Shown here: positions 40,123-49,904 of the stretch, in pieces | Numbering within the stretch: the first letter of the stretch is position 1 | Layout of the letters: every line of letters starts with the position of its first letter | Source of the DNA: Phycisphaerae bacterium | GTDB lineage: Bacteria > Planctomycetota > Phycisphaerae > UBA1845 > Fen-1342 | Assembly (NCBI GenBank): GCA_963675745.2 | Contig: CAXXWX010000027.1 | Location: 32,001-96,000 of the forward strand | Length of the DNA: 64,000 bases | Direction: 5' to 3' | Made by a program: the position numbers and the translations under genes | Notes under the pieces: generated by a model | What the model saw: the letters and a program-made list of their open reading frames with translations, nothing else | What the model was told of the DNA's origin: nothing | Databases searched by the model: none

Positions 40123-40590
40123 TCACGGCGGGTTACCGGCCTCCCGCCGCTCGGGAACCTCGGCCTCCCGCCGCGCCGCTTGTGCGCGCGCGTGCGCCTT
40201 TTCGGAGCTGGCGATTGCGATCAGCAATCGGTCAATCGAGATCTCGCCGAAGGCCGACGCCAGCACGCGTTCCTCGGGATTGAGGATCACATAGCCCGGA
40301 GTCCCCTGTATCCCCCAGCGCTCGGCCAGCGGGCGATCGATCAGAGTATCGCGGTCGAGCCGCAGGCAATACAGGTCTTTGGTGGCAGCCAATACGGCGG
40401 GGTCGCTGAGGACATCTTCCTCGAAGTTCGTGCAGGCCTTGGAATACCAGTTTCGGAAGTATACGAACATCAGCCGATCGTCGCGTTGCGCGTCGGCGCG
40501 AACACGCCCATATGGGTAATCACGCCACGCAATGCCCGGCGTGCAACCAGCACCAAGGACCAAAAGGAGAAACCACGGCGCCGCGCACAT
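40123..40590 (-). CDS. Thioredoxin-fold lipoprotein (SxxC variant)
   Basis: Lipobox GAG-C; MFVYFRNWYSKAC; cis-Pro motif WGIQGTP; start uncertain. Confidence 0.7.
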   Translation of the reverse strand: MCAAPWFLLLVLGAGCTPGIAWRDYPYGRVRADAQRDDRLMFVYFRNWYSKACTNFEEDVLSDPAVLAATKDLYCLRLDRDTLIDRPLAERWGIQGTPGYVILNPEERVLASAFGEISIDRLLIAIASSEKAHARAQAARREAEVPERREAGNPP

Positions 40591-40779
40591 CACGCCGCCA
40601 TCTACACCCAAACACCGCCCCGACTTCATACACTGATCTCCCATCATCCGTTGCCACGTTCCTCGACGGTCGGCGTGGCAGTCACAGCTCGCCTGTGGCC
40701 GCGGCCGACCGCCAATCGAATCCGGGGCATCCATCCCGCCTGCACCCCGCAGACCGCGTACTGCATATCTGACACGCGG

Positions 40780-41436
40780 CTAGGGCTTCAGTTTGAGCGC
40801 ACAGCCGCGATTCTTCGTTTTAGGCGCCGGCACATCCTTGCCGGCGAGGATCGCATCAAGCGCTTCGGCGATATAGTTGCGATCGCCATCCGCCCGCGTG
40901 CCGGTGCCGTTGTCGTGCGCGCCCGCGTAAACCAGCGTGCCCTTGTTGATGATGAAGATGTGCGGCGTGGTTTTCGCGCCGTAGGCCCGCGCGACTTTGC
41001 CGTCCTCATCCTTCAGGATCGGGTACTTAAGCTGGTTCTCCTCGGCGTATGCCCGCAACCGCTCGGCATTCTGGTAGTCTCGGTGCTTGAGATGCGTGCT
41101 GTCAATAGCCAGCCAAACGACATCTTTCTCCACATACCTGGCGGAGGTCGTGCTCATGAGCTCGGCGGCTCCGCGTGTGAACGGACAGCGCGTGTTGAAC
41201 CACTCGAGCACCACGACCTTATCCGCCATATCGGCCAGTTGATAGGTCTTGCCATCGATCCCCTTCAACTTGAAATCGGGTGCCGGCTCGCCGATCTTCG
41301 CCCTGACGGCCTTACCGGGCTTGTCAGCGCGTGCTGCCGACTTCCGTCCGCGGTCCATCTGCGCCCAAGCGGTCGCGGCAACGAACATAATCACCGCAAC
41401 CCCGATCATCCAACCTCTTCGCGTTTGCATATTCAC
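40780..41436 (-). CDS. Exported redoxin / AhpC-TSA family protein
   Basis: Signal peptide AWA; GEPAPDF; VVLEWFNTRCPF; YGAKTTPH; Y.GA.D; GCALK. Confidence 0.88.
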   Translation of the reverse strand: MNMQTRRGWMIGVAVIMFVAATAWAQMDRGRKSAARADKPGKAVRAKIGEPAPDFKLKGIDGKTYQLADMADKVVVLEWFNTRCPFTRGAAELMSTTSARYVEKDVVWLAIDSTHLKHRDYQNAERLRAYAEENQLKYPILKDEDGKVARAYGAKTTPHIFIINKGTLVYAGAHDNGTGTRADGDRNYIAEALDAILAGKDVPAPKTKNRGCALKLKP

Positions 41437-41608
41437 GCACTCCTAGTGAGAATCAGTTGTCTGGTTACGAAAAACGCTACCGGATTGTAGTAGTCGCGTT
41501 GGCGAGCACGCCGACACCTGGCGACCGACTGGTCCCGGCGGGCCGTCGGCGCGGAGTAGCGCAGACCGGCGTTGCCGACGTTCGACGGCCGGCGAGGCGC
41601 CGGCCGCT

Positions 41609-41679
41609 ACATTTGTGGCACCGGTTTCCAACCGGTCAGCTACGCCGCGACATTTGTGGGACCGGTTTCCAACCGGTCA
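41609..41679. repeat. Two tandem REP-like palindromes
   Basis: ACATTTGTGG(C/G)ACCGGTTTCCAACCGGTCA at 41609-41638 and 41650-41679; hairpin ACCGGTT-TCC-AACCGGT. Confidence 0.8.
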
Positions 41680-41718
41680 TTTGCGCGCTGTCGTAAACAA
41701 CCTCTGCCCTGAACGGTC

Positions 41719-42645
41719 ATGCCCAATATCGAGCGCGTCGAACCCGAATCACTTCCCGCCACGCTGCGGGTACTTCTGGCCCGTCCGGGTCATAGGCGGG
41801 CGGATGTTGAGCAGGTTCAACAGTTCACGCAGTATCTCGGGCTGCCCGGCGTCGATTGGCGCGCGTGGCGGACCGGGCCACCTGATCAACCGAGCGCCAT
41901 CGCCTTCGTCGTGCTCCTGCCAGGCCGCACGGCGGTGGTGCTGGTCCCCCCCACAACCGGCAGCGGCGTAGACCGCGACGAGCAACGCGATCTGGTGGTT
42001 CACTCATTGGAGCGCTCACGCGGATTATCGCTGCACTACGCCCAGGCACTCGTTGACCCCGTAGACGTCGATCAGGCCGCCCTGTTTTCAGCCGCCGGCT
42101 TCCGACATATCACCACGCTGAACTACCTGGAACGCAAAGTGCGCTACCCCTGGAGCGATCCCCCCGACCAGGCCGGGCTCTCGTGGGTGCAGTACGACGC
42201 AGCCACGCACGCTCGTTTTGGACAGGCAATCCGCGCCAGCTATGTCGACAGCGCTGACTGCCCCGAGCTGTCCAGTTTACGACCCATCGACGATGTGATC
42301 GCCGCTCACCAGGCCAGCGGGGTCTTCACGCCGGCCCTCTGGGAGCTTGCCGTGGTCGACGGTGCCGACGCCGGGTGCTTGCTGCTGGCCCCGCTGTCGC
42401 GCGGCTCAATTGTCGAGCTGGTGTACATGGGGATTGCACCCGCCTGGCGTGGTCGCGGCCTGGGTGAACTGTTCATGCGCCGCGCGCTTGAGCGGTGTCG
42501 CCAGGAGCGGATTCGGCAGCTCACGACGGTTGTGGATAACCGCAACACACGCGCAAAGCGGCTCTACGCGCGCTTTGACATGCGCCTGATAGCGCGGCGC
42601 GATGCGTATCTCTTTCGGTGGTCTGGACCTACGAAAACAGCATGA
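41719..42645 (+). CDS. Tandem GNAT N-acetyltransferase (MshD-like architecture)
   Basis: C-terminal AcCoA motif YMGIAPAWRGRGLG; VDNRNTRAKRLY; degenerate N-terminal GNAT half. Confidence 0.85.
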   Translation: MPNIERVEPESLPATLRVLLARPGHRRADVEQVQQFTQYLGLPGVDWRAWRTGPPDQPSAIAFVVLLPGRTAVVLVPPTTGSGVDRDEQRDLVVHSLERSRGLSLHYAQALVDPVDVDQAALFSAAGFRHITTLNYLERKVRYPWSDPPDQAGLSWVQYDAATHARFGQAIRASYVDSADCPELSSLRPIDDVIAAHQASGVFTPALWELAVVDGADAGCLLLAPLSRGSIVELVYMGIAPAWRGRGLGELFMRRALERCRQERIRQLTTVVDNRNTRAKRLYARFDMRLIARRDAYLFRWSGPTKTA

Positions 42646-42746
42646 AACAAGCTGCGCATGAGCAGCGCCGTGTTGAGGCGCGCCGGCGAGTTCTGATGGT
42701 CTGGGCATGACCTGTGGACAAGCTGTGAAACCAAAGTTTTTTTTTG
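42531..42746. promoter_or_regulatory. DnaA boxes upstream of dnaA
   Basis: Perfect TGTGGATAA 42531-42539; one-mismatch TGTGGACAA 42713-42721; weak TGTGAAACC 42724-42732; adjacent T-tract. Confidence 0.55.
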
Positions 42747-42941
42747 GCGCTCACCGTTTGCCACTGCGCGACTTACGCATGTGACACCTTCGCCGCCGCG
42801 ATTCAGTCGTTGCCACTTCGATCCGGCAGATGTATATTGCCGTTAGCTCAGGGAAGGTTGGGAGGCCTGTCCGGCGTATTTCCTGCCAAGCTTCATCATC
42901 TGTGGTGCAATACGTAAAAGGGCGATCCCCAGGGGTGGCGA

Positions 42942-44357
42942 GTGGATTCTGTGGCCGCGCAAAAGGTCTCGTCGATTCGCGAACACGTATCGGACCGCAT
43001 TGGCGAGACTCGCTTCAATACCTGGTTTGGTTCAACCGTTGAGTTTGACCTGGAACCCGATCGACTTTCGGTCATGGTGCCGAACGCGTTCGTCGGCAAT
43101 TGGATCGCCACCAATTACCTCTCCGAGCTGAAAGCCGCCGCGCGCGCAGTGGCCGGCGAAACCGCAACGGTCGACGTGCGCGTCAATTCGGGTAACGCCT
43201 CGGTCGAATCCGTACCACAAGCTCGTGATGACCGGCAGCGTGGCGCGGCGCGCCCGCAGCCTGTCGTGCGACGAGAACCCCGACGGCGCCCCGAAACGCC
43301 TCGGCTGCGCGGCGAACTGGACTCGTTCGTGGTCGGCGCGTCGAATCAGTTGGCCTATTCCGCCGCCCACAGCGCCGTCCTGACGCCACGCGGCGCATTC
43401 CGCCCGCTGTTCATCCACGGCGGATGCGGTCTCGGAAAAACCCATCTGTTACACGGCATCTGCAACGGCATCGCCACCAACCATCCCACGCTACGCTCGT
43501 GCTATATTTCGGGTGAGGAGTTCACCAACGAGTTCATCCACGCCGTACAGGCCCGTCACATCGACGCGTTTCGCGCCCGTTATCGCCGGGTGGACCTGTT
43601 GCTGATCGACGATATCCACTTCCTGGCCAACAAGAAGGCCACCCAAGAGGAGTTTCTGCACACCTTCAACGCGATCGACGGGTATGGCAACCTGGTGGTG
43701 CTGTCATCCGACCGGCACCCGCGTAATATCGCGGCGTTGTCTGAGCCGCTGCGCAATCGCCTGATCGCGGGAATGGTCGTCGAGATCAAACCGCCGGACT
43801 ACGCCGTGCGCCGCGAAATCCTCCGGCGGCGTTCGGTGAACATGAGCTGCACCATCCCGGAGGATGTGATCGATCTGATTGCCCGGCGCGTGACGCGCAA
43901 CGTGCGCGAATTGGAGGGGGCACTGTACAAGCTGGCCGCCTTGGCCTCACTCACCAAGGAACCCATCACGGCGACAATGGTCGAGATCGCGCTGGAGGAT
44001 TATCTCGCACCCGATGGGACCCAGCCGGGCGTCGACGACATCGCCCGTGTCGTCGGTGATTACTTCGCGGTGCCGCGCGAGCGGATCGACTCATCATCGC
44101 GCGACCGCACCGTGACGCTGGCCCGCGCGATCACAATGTACTTGACGCGCAAACACACCACGATGAGCTTTCCGGAAATCGGCCGCGCCATGGGTAACAA
44201 AAACCACTCAACCGTTGTGATGGCGGTGCAACGCGTTGAGCAGATGGTCGCCGGAGATGCCGCGGCGAGTTGGAAGACGCCACACGGCGCCAGGGAGTGC
44301 CTCGTGCGCCAGTTGCTCTGCGAGGTCGAGGAGAAACTCGAGCGGCGGGAGCGGTAG
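42942..44357 (+). CDS. dnaA: Chromosomal replication initiator DnaA
   Basis: FNTWF; SFVVGASNQLA; Walker A GGCGLGKTHL; LLIDDIHFL...TQEEFLHTFN; NVRELEGAL; SFPEIG...NHSTV. Confidence 0.95.
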   Translation: MDSVAAQKVSSIREHVSDRIGETRFNTWFGSTVEFDLEPDRLSVMVPNAFVGNWIATNYLSELKAAARAVAGETATVDVRVNSGNASVESVPQARDDRQRGAARPQPVVRREPRRRPETPRLRGELDSFVVGASNQLAYSAAHSAVLTPRGAFRPLFIHGGCGLGKTHLLHGICNGIATNHPTLRSCYISGEEFTNEFIHAVQARHIDAFRARYRRVDLLLIDDIHFLANKKATQEEFLHTFNAIDGYGNLVVLSSDRHPRNIAALSEPLRNRLIAGMVVEIKPPDYAVRREILRRRSVNMSCTIPEDVIDLIARRVTRNVRELEGALYKLAALASLTKEPITATMVEIALEDYLAPDGTQPGVDDIARVVGDYFAVPRERIDSSSRDRTVTLARAITMYLTRKHTTMSFPEIGRAMGNKNHSTVVMAVQRVEQMVAGDAAASWKTPHGARECLVRQLLCEVEEKLERRER

Positions 44358-44387
44358 AGCGCTTGAGCTACCACCCGCAATGGGGCC

Positions 44388-44425
44388 CGCACGCGCCGGC
44401 GACAGGCCGGCGCGTGCGTTTTATT
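44388..44425 (+). terminator. Rho-independent terminator after dnaA
   Basis: CGCACGCGCCGGC-GACAG-GCCGGCGCGTGCG followed by TTTTATT. Confidence 0.85.
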
Positions 44426-44451
44426 GTGCGCCCGGCGACTTGCCGGCGCCC

Positions 44452-44481
44452 TTACCGCCTTGGCCGAATTCCAAGTATAAT
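44452..44481 (+). promoter_or_regulatory. Putative sigma70 promoter
   Basis: TTACCG-18 nt-TATAAT upstream of GGAGG and ATG 44517. Confidence 0.45.
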
Positions 44482-44516
44482 GGCACCGTTCCGGGTGGGC
44501 AGAGACGGAGGTTCGC

Positions 44517-44717
44517 ATGAACAAGGCCACGTGGTTGTCACGAACCCTATGCTACGCACCAACCACTGTGTTGCTGTCAATTGGCGGGTGCCTGGCCGGC
44601 GTCTACGATGCGTTCGACATGATCGTGGCGCCCGAAGCCCTCTCCAACGCCCTGCGTCTGCCCGCGAGTGATGTGCTGCCACTGGCCGAGTTATTCACGC
44701 GGTTCTGGATCAGGTAG
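44517..44717 (+). CDS. Small hypothetical protein, possible lipoprotein
   Basis: GGAGG RBS, upstream TATAAT, lipobox-like SIGG-C; stop 5 nt before the next gene. Confidence 0.6.
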   Translation: MNKATWLSRTLCYAPTTVLLSIGGCLAGVYDAFDMIVAPEALSNALRLPASDVLPLAELFTRFWIR

Positions 44718-44722
44718 TCGAG

Positions 44723-46357
44723 ATGGCGGAGCTGATTATCCGACACCCCGGCGGGCGACAGTCTAGGCTGACGCTGTCACGTAAACCTGTGCGCATCGGC
44801 CGCGGGCTCGAATGCGACCATGACCTCGGCGCTGATGACGCCGAAGTCTCGCGCAAACACGCCGACATCTGGCTCAGTGAAGAGGGTCAGGTGCTGGTGA
44901 CCGATCTTCGCTCCAAGAACGGCACGCGCGTGGACGACGGCGAACCGTTCTGGAACGAGACGCGCGTCGCCCAGCGCGTCGTTCACATCGGTGAACACCA
45001 GTTCGAGATTGTGCGCGACGTCGCCGCCGGCGATGACAGCACCCTGTCGGACATCACCTTCGGTCCCGATCGGCCGCCCAACGCCGGCCCGTTGACGACA
45101 TTCCCGTCCAGCAAGGGCTTCAATCTGGGGCAGGAGCGCCTCATGCTCCTGATGCGCCTGAGCGAACGAATCAGCGGGTCCTTCGAGCGACGGCAGTTGC
45201 TCGAACAGGCGCTCGATTCATGCTTCGAAACGCTCGGCTTTGAGCGCGGACTGGTCGCGGTGAAAACGCCGCGCGGCGATGTTGAGCAACCGGTGACGCG
45301 CAATGTGCAACCCGAAGAGGTCAGCCGCACGCTGATCAACCGCGCGCTGATCGACGGTGAGCGCGCCATCGTCAACGACGTTGCCACCGACCTGAAGGGT
45401 AACCTGACCGACAGCCTGGTGCGCTTCCCGATCTGCTCCGCGCTCTCCGTGCCGATCCTGCACCGTGGCGAGGTGTTGGGTGTGATCTACGGAGACCGCG
45501 TGACTGACACGACCGCGCGCCCCTATCAGCGCGAGGACGTCGACTTCCTGGGTGCCATCGCGCAGCAGGTCGGCGTCGGGCTGTCGAATCTGCGGCTCTT
45601 TGAAAACCGCATGCTGGTCGAGCAATACCAACGCGAGTTGGAGCGCGCCCGGGCCATCCAACGGCGTTTGCTGCCGCGCGCCCCATTGCAGGTCGGTGGC
45701 ATCATGGCCGAGGGTTATAACGAGCCGTCCGCCGGTGTCAGCGGCGATTACTATGACTTCATCGATCTGGGCGATGGGCGTCTCGGGTTTGTGATCGCCG
45801 ATGTGGTTGGCCATGGGCTCGCCGCCGCACTGCTCTCAACCAACTTGCAGGCCGCGATGCACGTGGCCCTGAGTGGTACGGACAATCTGCCCGAGATCGC
45901 GGCGCGCATCAACCGCTGGATCTGCAAAAACACCGAGTCGCACGTGTTCATCACCGGCATTCTCGGCATGGTCGAGGCGAGCACCGGTATGGTGCGATAC
46001 GTATCGGCCGGACACCATGGACCGATCGTCGTCGGTAACCAGCGCATCGAGCCCATGCACTGCGAGGGCGCATTACCGCTGGGTATTGAGCCCAACGAGG
46101 TGTTTGACGAGCACGCCGTCAAACCCGACGACAACACCAGGGTGATTCTCTTCTACACCGACGGGCTTATCGAAGCTTCAATCCCGGACGGCCCCCTGCT
46201 CGGCATGGCTCCCGTCGGCGACGCGCTCGCACAGATGACCGCGCCCACCGGCAGCGAAGTCATCAAGACGCTGCGCGCGCTCGTGCGCGGCCACCTCCAC
46301 GGCGAATCAAACGAGGATGATATGACGCTGCTGACGCTGCAGTACGGCTCGCCGTAG
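44723..46357 (+). CDS. FHA-GAF-PP2C (SpoIIE/RsbU-like) Ser/Thr phosphatase
   Basis: FHA (IGR...VSRKH...DLRSKNGT); GAF (SALSVPI...GVIYGD); SGDYYD, IADVVGHG, YTDGL, EDDMT. Confidence 0.92.
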   Translation: MAELIIRHPGGRQSRLTLSRKPVRIGRGLECDHDLGADDAEVSRKHADIWLSEEGQVLVTDLRSKNGTRVDDGEPFWNETRVAQRVVHIGEHQFEIVRDVAAGDDSTLSDITFGPDRPPNAGPLTTFPSSKGFNLGQERLMLLMRLSERISGSFERRQLLEQALDSCFETLGFERGLVAVKTPRGDVEQPVTRNVQPEEVSRTLINRALIDGERAIVNDVATDLKGNLTDSLVRFPICSALSVPILHRGEVLGVIYGDRVTDTTARPYQREDVDFLGAIAQQVGVGLSNLRLFENRMLVEQYQRELERARAIQRRLLPRAPLQVGGIMAEGYNEPSAGVSGDYYDFIDLGDGRLGFVIADVVGHGLAAALLSTNLQAAMHVALSGTDNLPEIAARINRWICKNTESHVFITGILGMVEASTGMVRYVSAGHHGPIVVGNQRIEPMHCEGALPLGIEPNEVFDEHAVKPDDNTRVILFYTDGLIEASIPDGPLLGMAPVGDALAQMTAPTGSEVIKTLRALVRGHLHGESNEDDMTLLTLQYGSP

Positions 46358-46360
46358 CGG

Positions 46361-49105
46361 TTATTTCGCCTCAAGCCAGTTGGCACCCGCCGCAACATCC
46401 ACTTTCAACGGCACGCGCAGGTTCATGGCCCCGGTCATGGTCTCACGGATGATCTGTGACATCGGCTCGACTTCACCCAGCGGCGATTCACAGACCAGTT
46501 CATCGTGTACCTGCAACAACATGCGCAGTGGCAGGCCCTCGTCTTGAATCCGCCGGTGCAGGTTGATCATGGCGATCTTGATCAGGTCGGCCGCCGAACC
46601 CTGCACGACCGTATTAACCGCCAGTCGTTGAGCTTGCGCGCGGGCGTTCTGGTTGCGCGAGTCAATATCACGAATCGGCCGATGTCGACCGAGAATCGTG
46701 CGCACGCAACCATCCTTACGCGCGGTTTCGACACATTGATCGATAAACGCGCGTATGCGCGGGTAGCGCGCGAAATATCCGTTGATGAACGTCTGAGCCT
46801 CACCACGGTTCATGCCGGTTGTCTGGGCCAGGCCGAAAGCCGTCTGACCGTAGATGATGCCGAAATTCACGGCCTTGGCGTGGGCGCGCATGTCCCTGGT
46901 AACGTCCGCGAGTGCAACCCCATTGACCTGGGCCGCAACCACCGCGTGGATGTCGAGGTCTTCGGCGAATGCCGCCGTCAGCGCCTCATCCTCGCAGAAA
47001 TGCGCTAGCACGCGCAGTTCAACCTGGGAGTAGTCCGCAACAATGAGCCGTTGTCCGGCGTCGCGCGGTACGAACGCTTTTCGTATCCGGCGCCCGAGCT
47101 CGGTTCGCACGGGGATATTCTGCAAGTTCGGGTCGCTGCTGGAGAGGCGGCCGGTGACGGCGCCGGTCTGGTGGTAGCTGGTGTGTACGCGCCCCGTGCG
47201 CGCGCTGCGATTCAGCGGCAGTGCGTCCACGTAAGTACCGCGCAGTTTCTGAAGCTCGCGGTATTCCAGCATCAGTTGCGGGAATTCGTCGCCGGTCTCG
47301 CGGGCCAAAGCTGTGAGCGTGTCGGCGTCGGTCGACCGCGCCGTCTTCGTGCGCCTGACAACGCGGTAGCCGAGTTTGTCGAAGAGCACCTCGGCTAGTT
47401 GCCGCGTGGAATCGAGATTGAACGACGCCTCGGCCAACTCGTGCACGCGCTGTGTCAGTTCTTCCGTGCGCGCGGCGAGTTCGCGGCTCATCTCCGCCAA
47501 GTAATCCACGTCAAGACTGATACCGTTAAATTCCATCTCCGCCAGGACATCGACCAGCGGGATCTCCGTATCCAGAAACAGCCGCTCGACACCGCTCGGC
47601 GCCAGGCGCGGTTCGAGCAGCTCCTTCAGACGCCAGGTATAGTCGGCGTCCTCCGCCGCATACTCGGCGACGTGCTCAACCGGGACCTGGTCCATGCGAA
47701 GCTGCTGCCGTCCCTTGCCGATCAAGTCCGAAATCGGAATCATCGCGTGGCCGAGCAGATCGCGCACCAGCCGGTCCATGCCATACGACATGCGCGCCGG
47801 CTCGAGCAGGAAGGCGGCGATCATGGTGTCAAAAAGCGGTCCGGCGATCGGCATGTCCGCGTTACGCAGGACGATCAGGTCATACTTGATGTTCTGGCCG
47901 ATCTTGCGTTTGGCCGTATCGGCGAGCAGCGGCGCAAGCTTCTCGCGAACCAGCGCTGCGGGCAAGGCTTGACCATACTGCGTCATCGTCGGAATGTAGT
48001 AGCCCGTACCGACCTCCCATGAAAGTGACACGCCGACAAGTTCAGCGTCCACGGGGTCAACGCCGGTGGTTTCGGTATCGACGGCGAACTCGGGCTGCCG
48101 CGCCAGATCCTCGACGAGTGCATCCAGCGCTGCGGGTGTGTTTACGAGCACATAGTCACCACCGTCCGGTTCGCGCAGTCGCAGCGCAAGCTGATCATCT
48201 GGAGCGGGTGGCGTCGGTGTCGGGGCGGACGCCGTGGGCACAGACGGCGCGGTGCCGGGTAACTGCTCCTGCAATTGCCTCAGGTTCAGCTCTTCAAACA
48301 CGGGCCGCGCCGCTGCCCAGTCAAAGCCGGCACAAGCGGCCTCAGTAAGATCCAACTCGACGGGCACGTCGCTGCACAGCGTCACCAACTCCCGTGTCAC
48401 GGCGGCGCGCGGCGCAAACGCCAGCACATTCTCACGCTGTTTCCCGGTCAGTTCGTCGGCATGCTCAATCACACCTTGGGCCGTGCCGTACTTGGCCAAC
48501 AGCTTGGCCGCCGTCTTGGGACCGATGCCCGTCACACCGGGGATGTTGTCGACCGTGTCGCCGGTGAGAATCTGCGCCTCGACGGCCTGATGCGGCGTCC
48601 ATCCCTTGGTTTCGAGCAGGCGCTGCGGTGTTATGACTTCGTCTTTTGCGGGGTCGTAAAGGGAGACGTGCTCCGTCAGCAGTTGTTCGAGGTCTTTGTC
48701 GCGGCTGACTATGAAAATCTGCAAGTCCTCGCCGGCGAGTTGGCGCGCCAGCGTCGCAATGATGTCGTCAGCCTCGTATCCCTCCAGCCGCAACATCGGC
48801 ACCTTTATCGCGGAGAGGATCGACATGATGCGATCCGCCTGCACGGACAGGTCTTCGGGTGGCGGCTCGCGATTGGCCTTGTACTCGGGGTATACCTGCT
48901 TGCGCAGCAGCTTGGATTCATCAGCATCCAGCACCATCGCCAGATAGTCGGGCCGCCGATCGCGAACCAGGTTCATCAGCATGCGGCAGAAGACGTGGGT
49001 CGCGCGTGTCGGTTCGCCACTGGGTGCCGTCAGGTTCCCGAACGGTGCATAATACGCCCGGTAGATTTGAGCGTGGCCGTCAATGATGTAGAGCGTCTTG
49101 GGCAT
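46361..49105 (-). CDS. polA: DNA polymerase I
   Basis: IIDGHAQIYRAY; GYEADD; VDTETT 3'-5' exonuclease; TGRLSSSDPNLQNIP; ADYSQVELR; AKAVNFGIIYG; QVHDE. Confidence 0.98.
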   Translation of the reverse strand: MPKTLYIIDGHAQIYRAYYAPFGNLTAPSGEPTRATHVFCRMLMNLVRDRRPDYLAMVLDADESKLLRKQVYPEYKANREPPPEDLSVQADRIMSILSAIKVPMLRLEGYEADDIIATLARQLAGEDLQIFIVSRDKDLEQLLTEHVSLYDPAKDEVITPQRLLETKGWTPHQAVEAQILTGDTVDNIPGVTGIGPKTAAKLLAKYGTAQGVIEHADELTGKQRENVLAFAPRAAVTRELVTLCSDVPVELDLTEAACAGFDWAAARPVFEELNLRQLQEQLPGTAPSVPTASAPTPTPPAPDDQLALRLREPDGGDYVLVNTPAALDALVEDLARQPEFAVDTETTGVDPVDAELVGVSLSWEVGTGYYIPTMTQYGQALPAALVREKLAPLLADTAKRKIGQNIKYDLIVLRNADMPIAGPLFDTMIAAFLLEPARMSYGMDRLVRDLLGHAMIPISDLIGKGRQQLRMDQVPVEHVAEYAAEDADYTWRLKELLEPRLAPSGVERLFLDTEIPLVDVLAEMEFNGISLDVDYLAEMSRELAARTEELTQRVHELAEASFNLDSTRQLAEVLFDKLGYRVVRRTKTARSTDADTLTALARETGDEFPQLMLEYRELQKLRGTYVDALPLNRSARTGRVHTSYHQTGAVTGRLSSSDPNLQNIPVRTELGRRIRKAFVPRDAGQRLIVADYSQVELRVLAHFCEDEALTAAFAEDLDIHAVVAAQVNGVALADVTRDMRAHAKAVNFGIIYGQTAFGLAQTTGMNRGEAQTFINGYFARYPRIRAFIDQCVETARKDGCVRTILGRHRPIRDIDSRNQNARAQAQRLAVNTVVQGSAADLIKIAMINLHRRIQDEGLPLRMLLQVHDELVCESPLGEVEPMSQIIRETMTGAMNLRVPLKVDVAAGANWLEAK

Positions 49106-49237
49106 GCGCGTATCGTATTGCGCCGCCGCCCGGTGTGCACGTTGGAGGAAGGGACTGATGGACTAGGGGATTAAGGGAGGGCGTGGTTGGGCTTATAGTG
49201 GCGTACTGTGGACCGAAACTGCATGGGTCGGAGGATC

Positions 49238-49780
49238 ATGATGTCTCTGGAGACCTGGGCGCGCATTGAATTGCATGAAGGTGATATCACGGCATTGAAG
49301 GTGGATGCGATCGTCAACGCCGCCAATGCTCAGCTTGCCGGTGGCGGTGGCGTGGACGGCGCGATACACCGCGCGGCCGGGCCGGAACTGCTCGCGGCAT
49401 GCCGTAAGCTCGGCGGTTGCGCAACAGGAGACGCCAAGATCACACCGGGATTCAACCTGCCGGCCCGCTACGTGATTCATGCCGTCGGACCGGTGTACGG
49501 CGGTGGCTCGCGCAGAGAACCGGATCTGCTCGCCGGCTGTTACCGTCGATCGCTGGAACTCTGCGCCGCCCATGACCTGCGCAGTGTCGCGTTCTCGGCG
49601 ATCAGCACCGGCGTCTACGGCTATCCGTTTGACGAGGCCACCCGGATCGCGTTTCAAACCACGGCGGACTTCCTCAAAGACCACGGCGGAATAGAACGCG
49701 CCATATTCGTGTTCTTTGGGCAAACGGCATATCGAGCGGCCCAGGACATATATGGCGAAATGGCGAAGCCGGCGAACTGA
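49238..49780 (+). CDS. Macro-domain O-acetyl-ADP-ribose deacetylase (YmdB-like)
   Basis: GDIT...DAIVNAAN...[28 protein letters not shown]. Confidence 0.93.
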   Translation: MMSLETWARIELHEGDITALKVDAIVNAANAQLAGGGGVDGAIHRAAGPELLAACRKLGGCATGDAKITPGFNLPARYVIHAVGPVYGGGSRREPDLLAGCYRRSLELCAAHDLRSVAFSAISTGVYGYPFDEATRIAFQTTADFLKDHGGIERAIFVFFGQTAYRAAQDIYGEMAKPAN

Positions 49781-49807
49781 CCACGGAACGGACGGATCAG
49801 AGGGTGA

Positions 49808-49904
49808 GGGTGCCCCGCGGCTTGCCGTGGGGGACGGACGCCGAGGGATGACTGATCTCGCTCGCCGTGAGGGTCAGTCCCCCACCCCAAGGGATGGGGC
49901 ACCC
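49808..49904. repeat. Inverted pair of 28-nt REP-like hairpins
   Basis: GGGTGCCCCgcggCTTGccgtGGGGGAC (49808-49835) and, on the - strand, GGGTGCCCCatccCTTGgggtGGGGGAC (49904-49877). Confidence 0.7.

Noticed and set aside
39868..41490. 540-aa + strand ORF
   Set aside because: Antisense to three - strand genes with clear motifs; no recognisable domain
41609..41679. Possible mini-CRISPR array
   Set aside because: Only two repeats with an 11-nt spacer and no cas genes; REP-like
49238..49780. Macro-domain gene as part of a toxin-antitoxin or anti-phage system
   Set aside because: Plain YmdB-like protein with no adjacent ADP-ribosyltransferase or sirtuin
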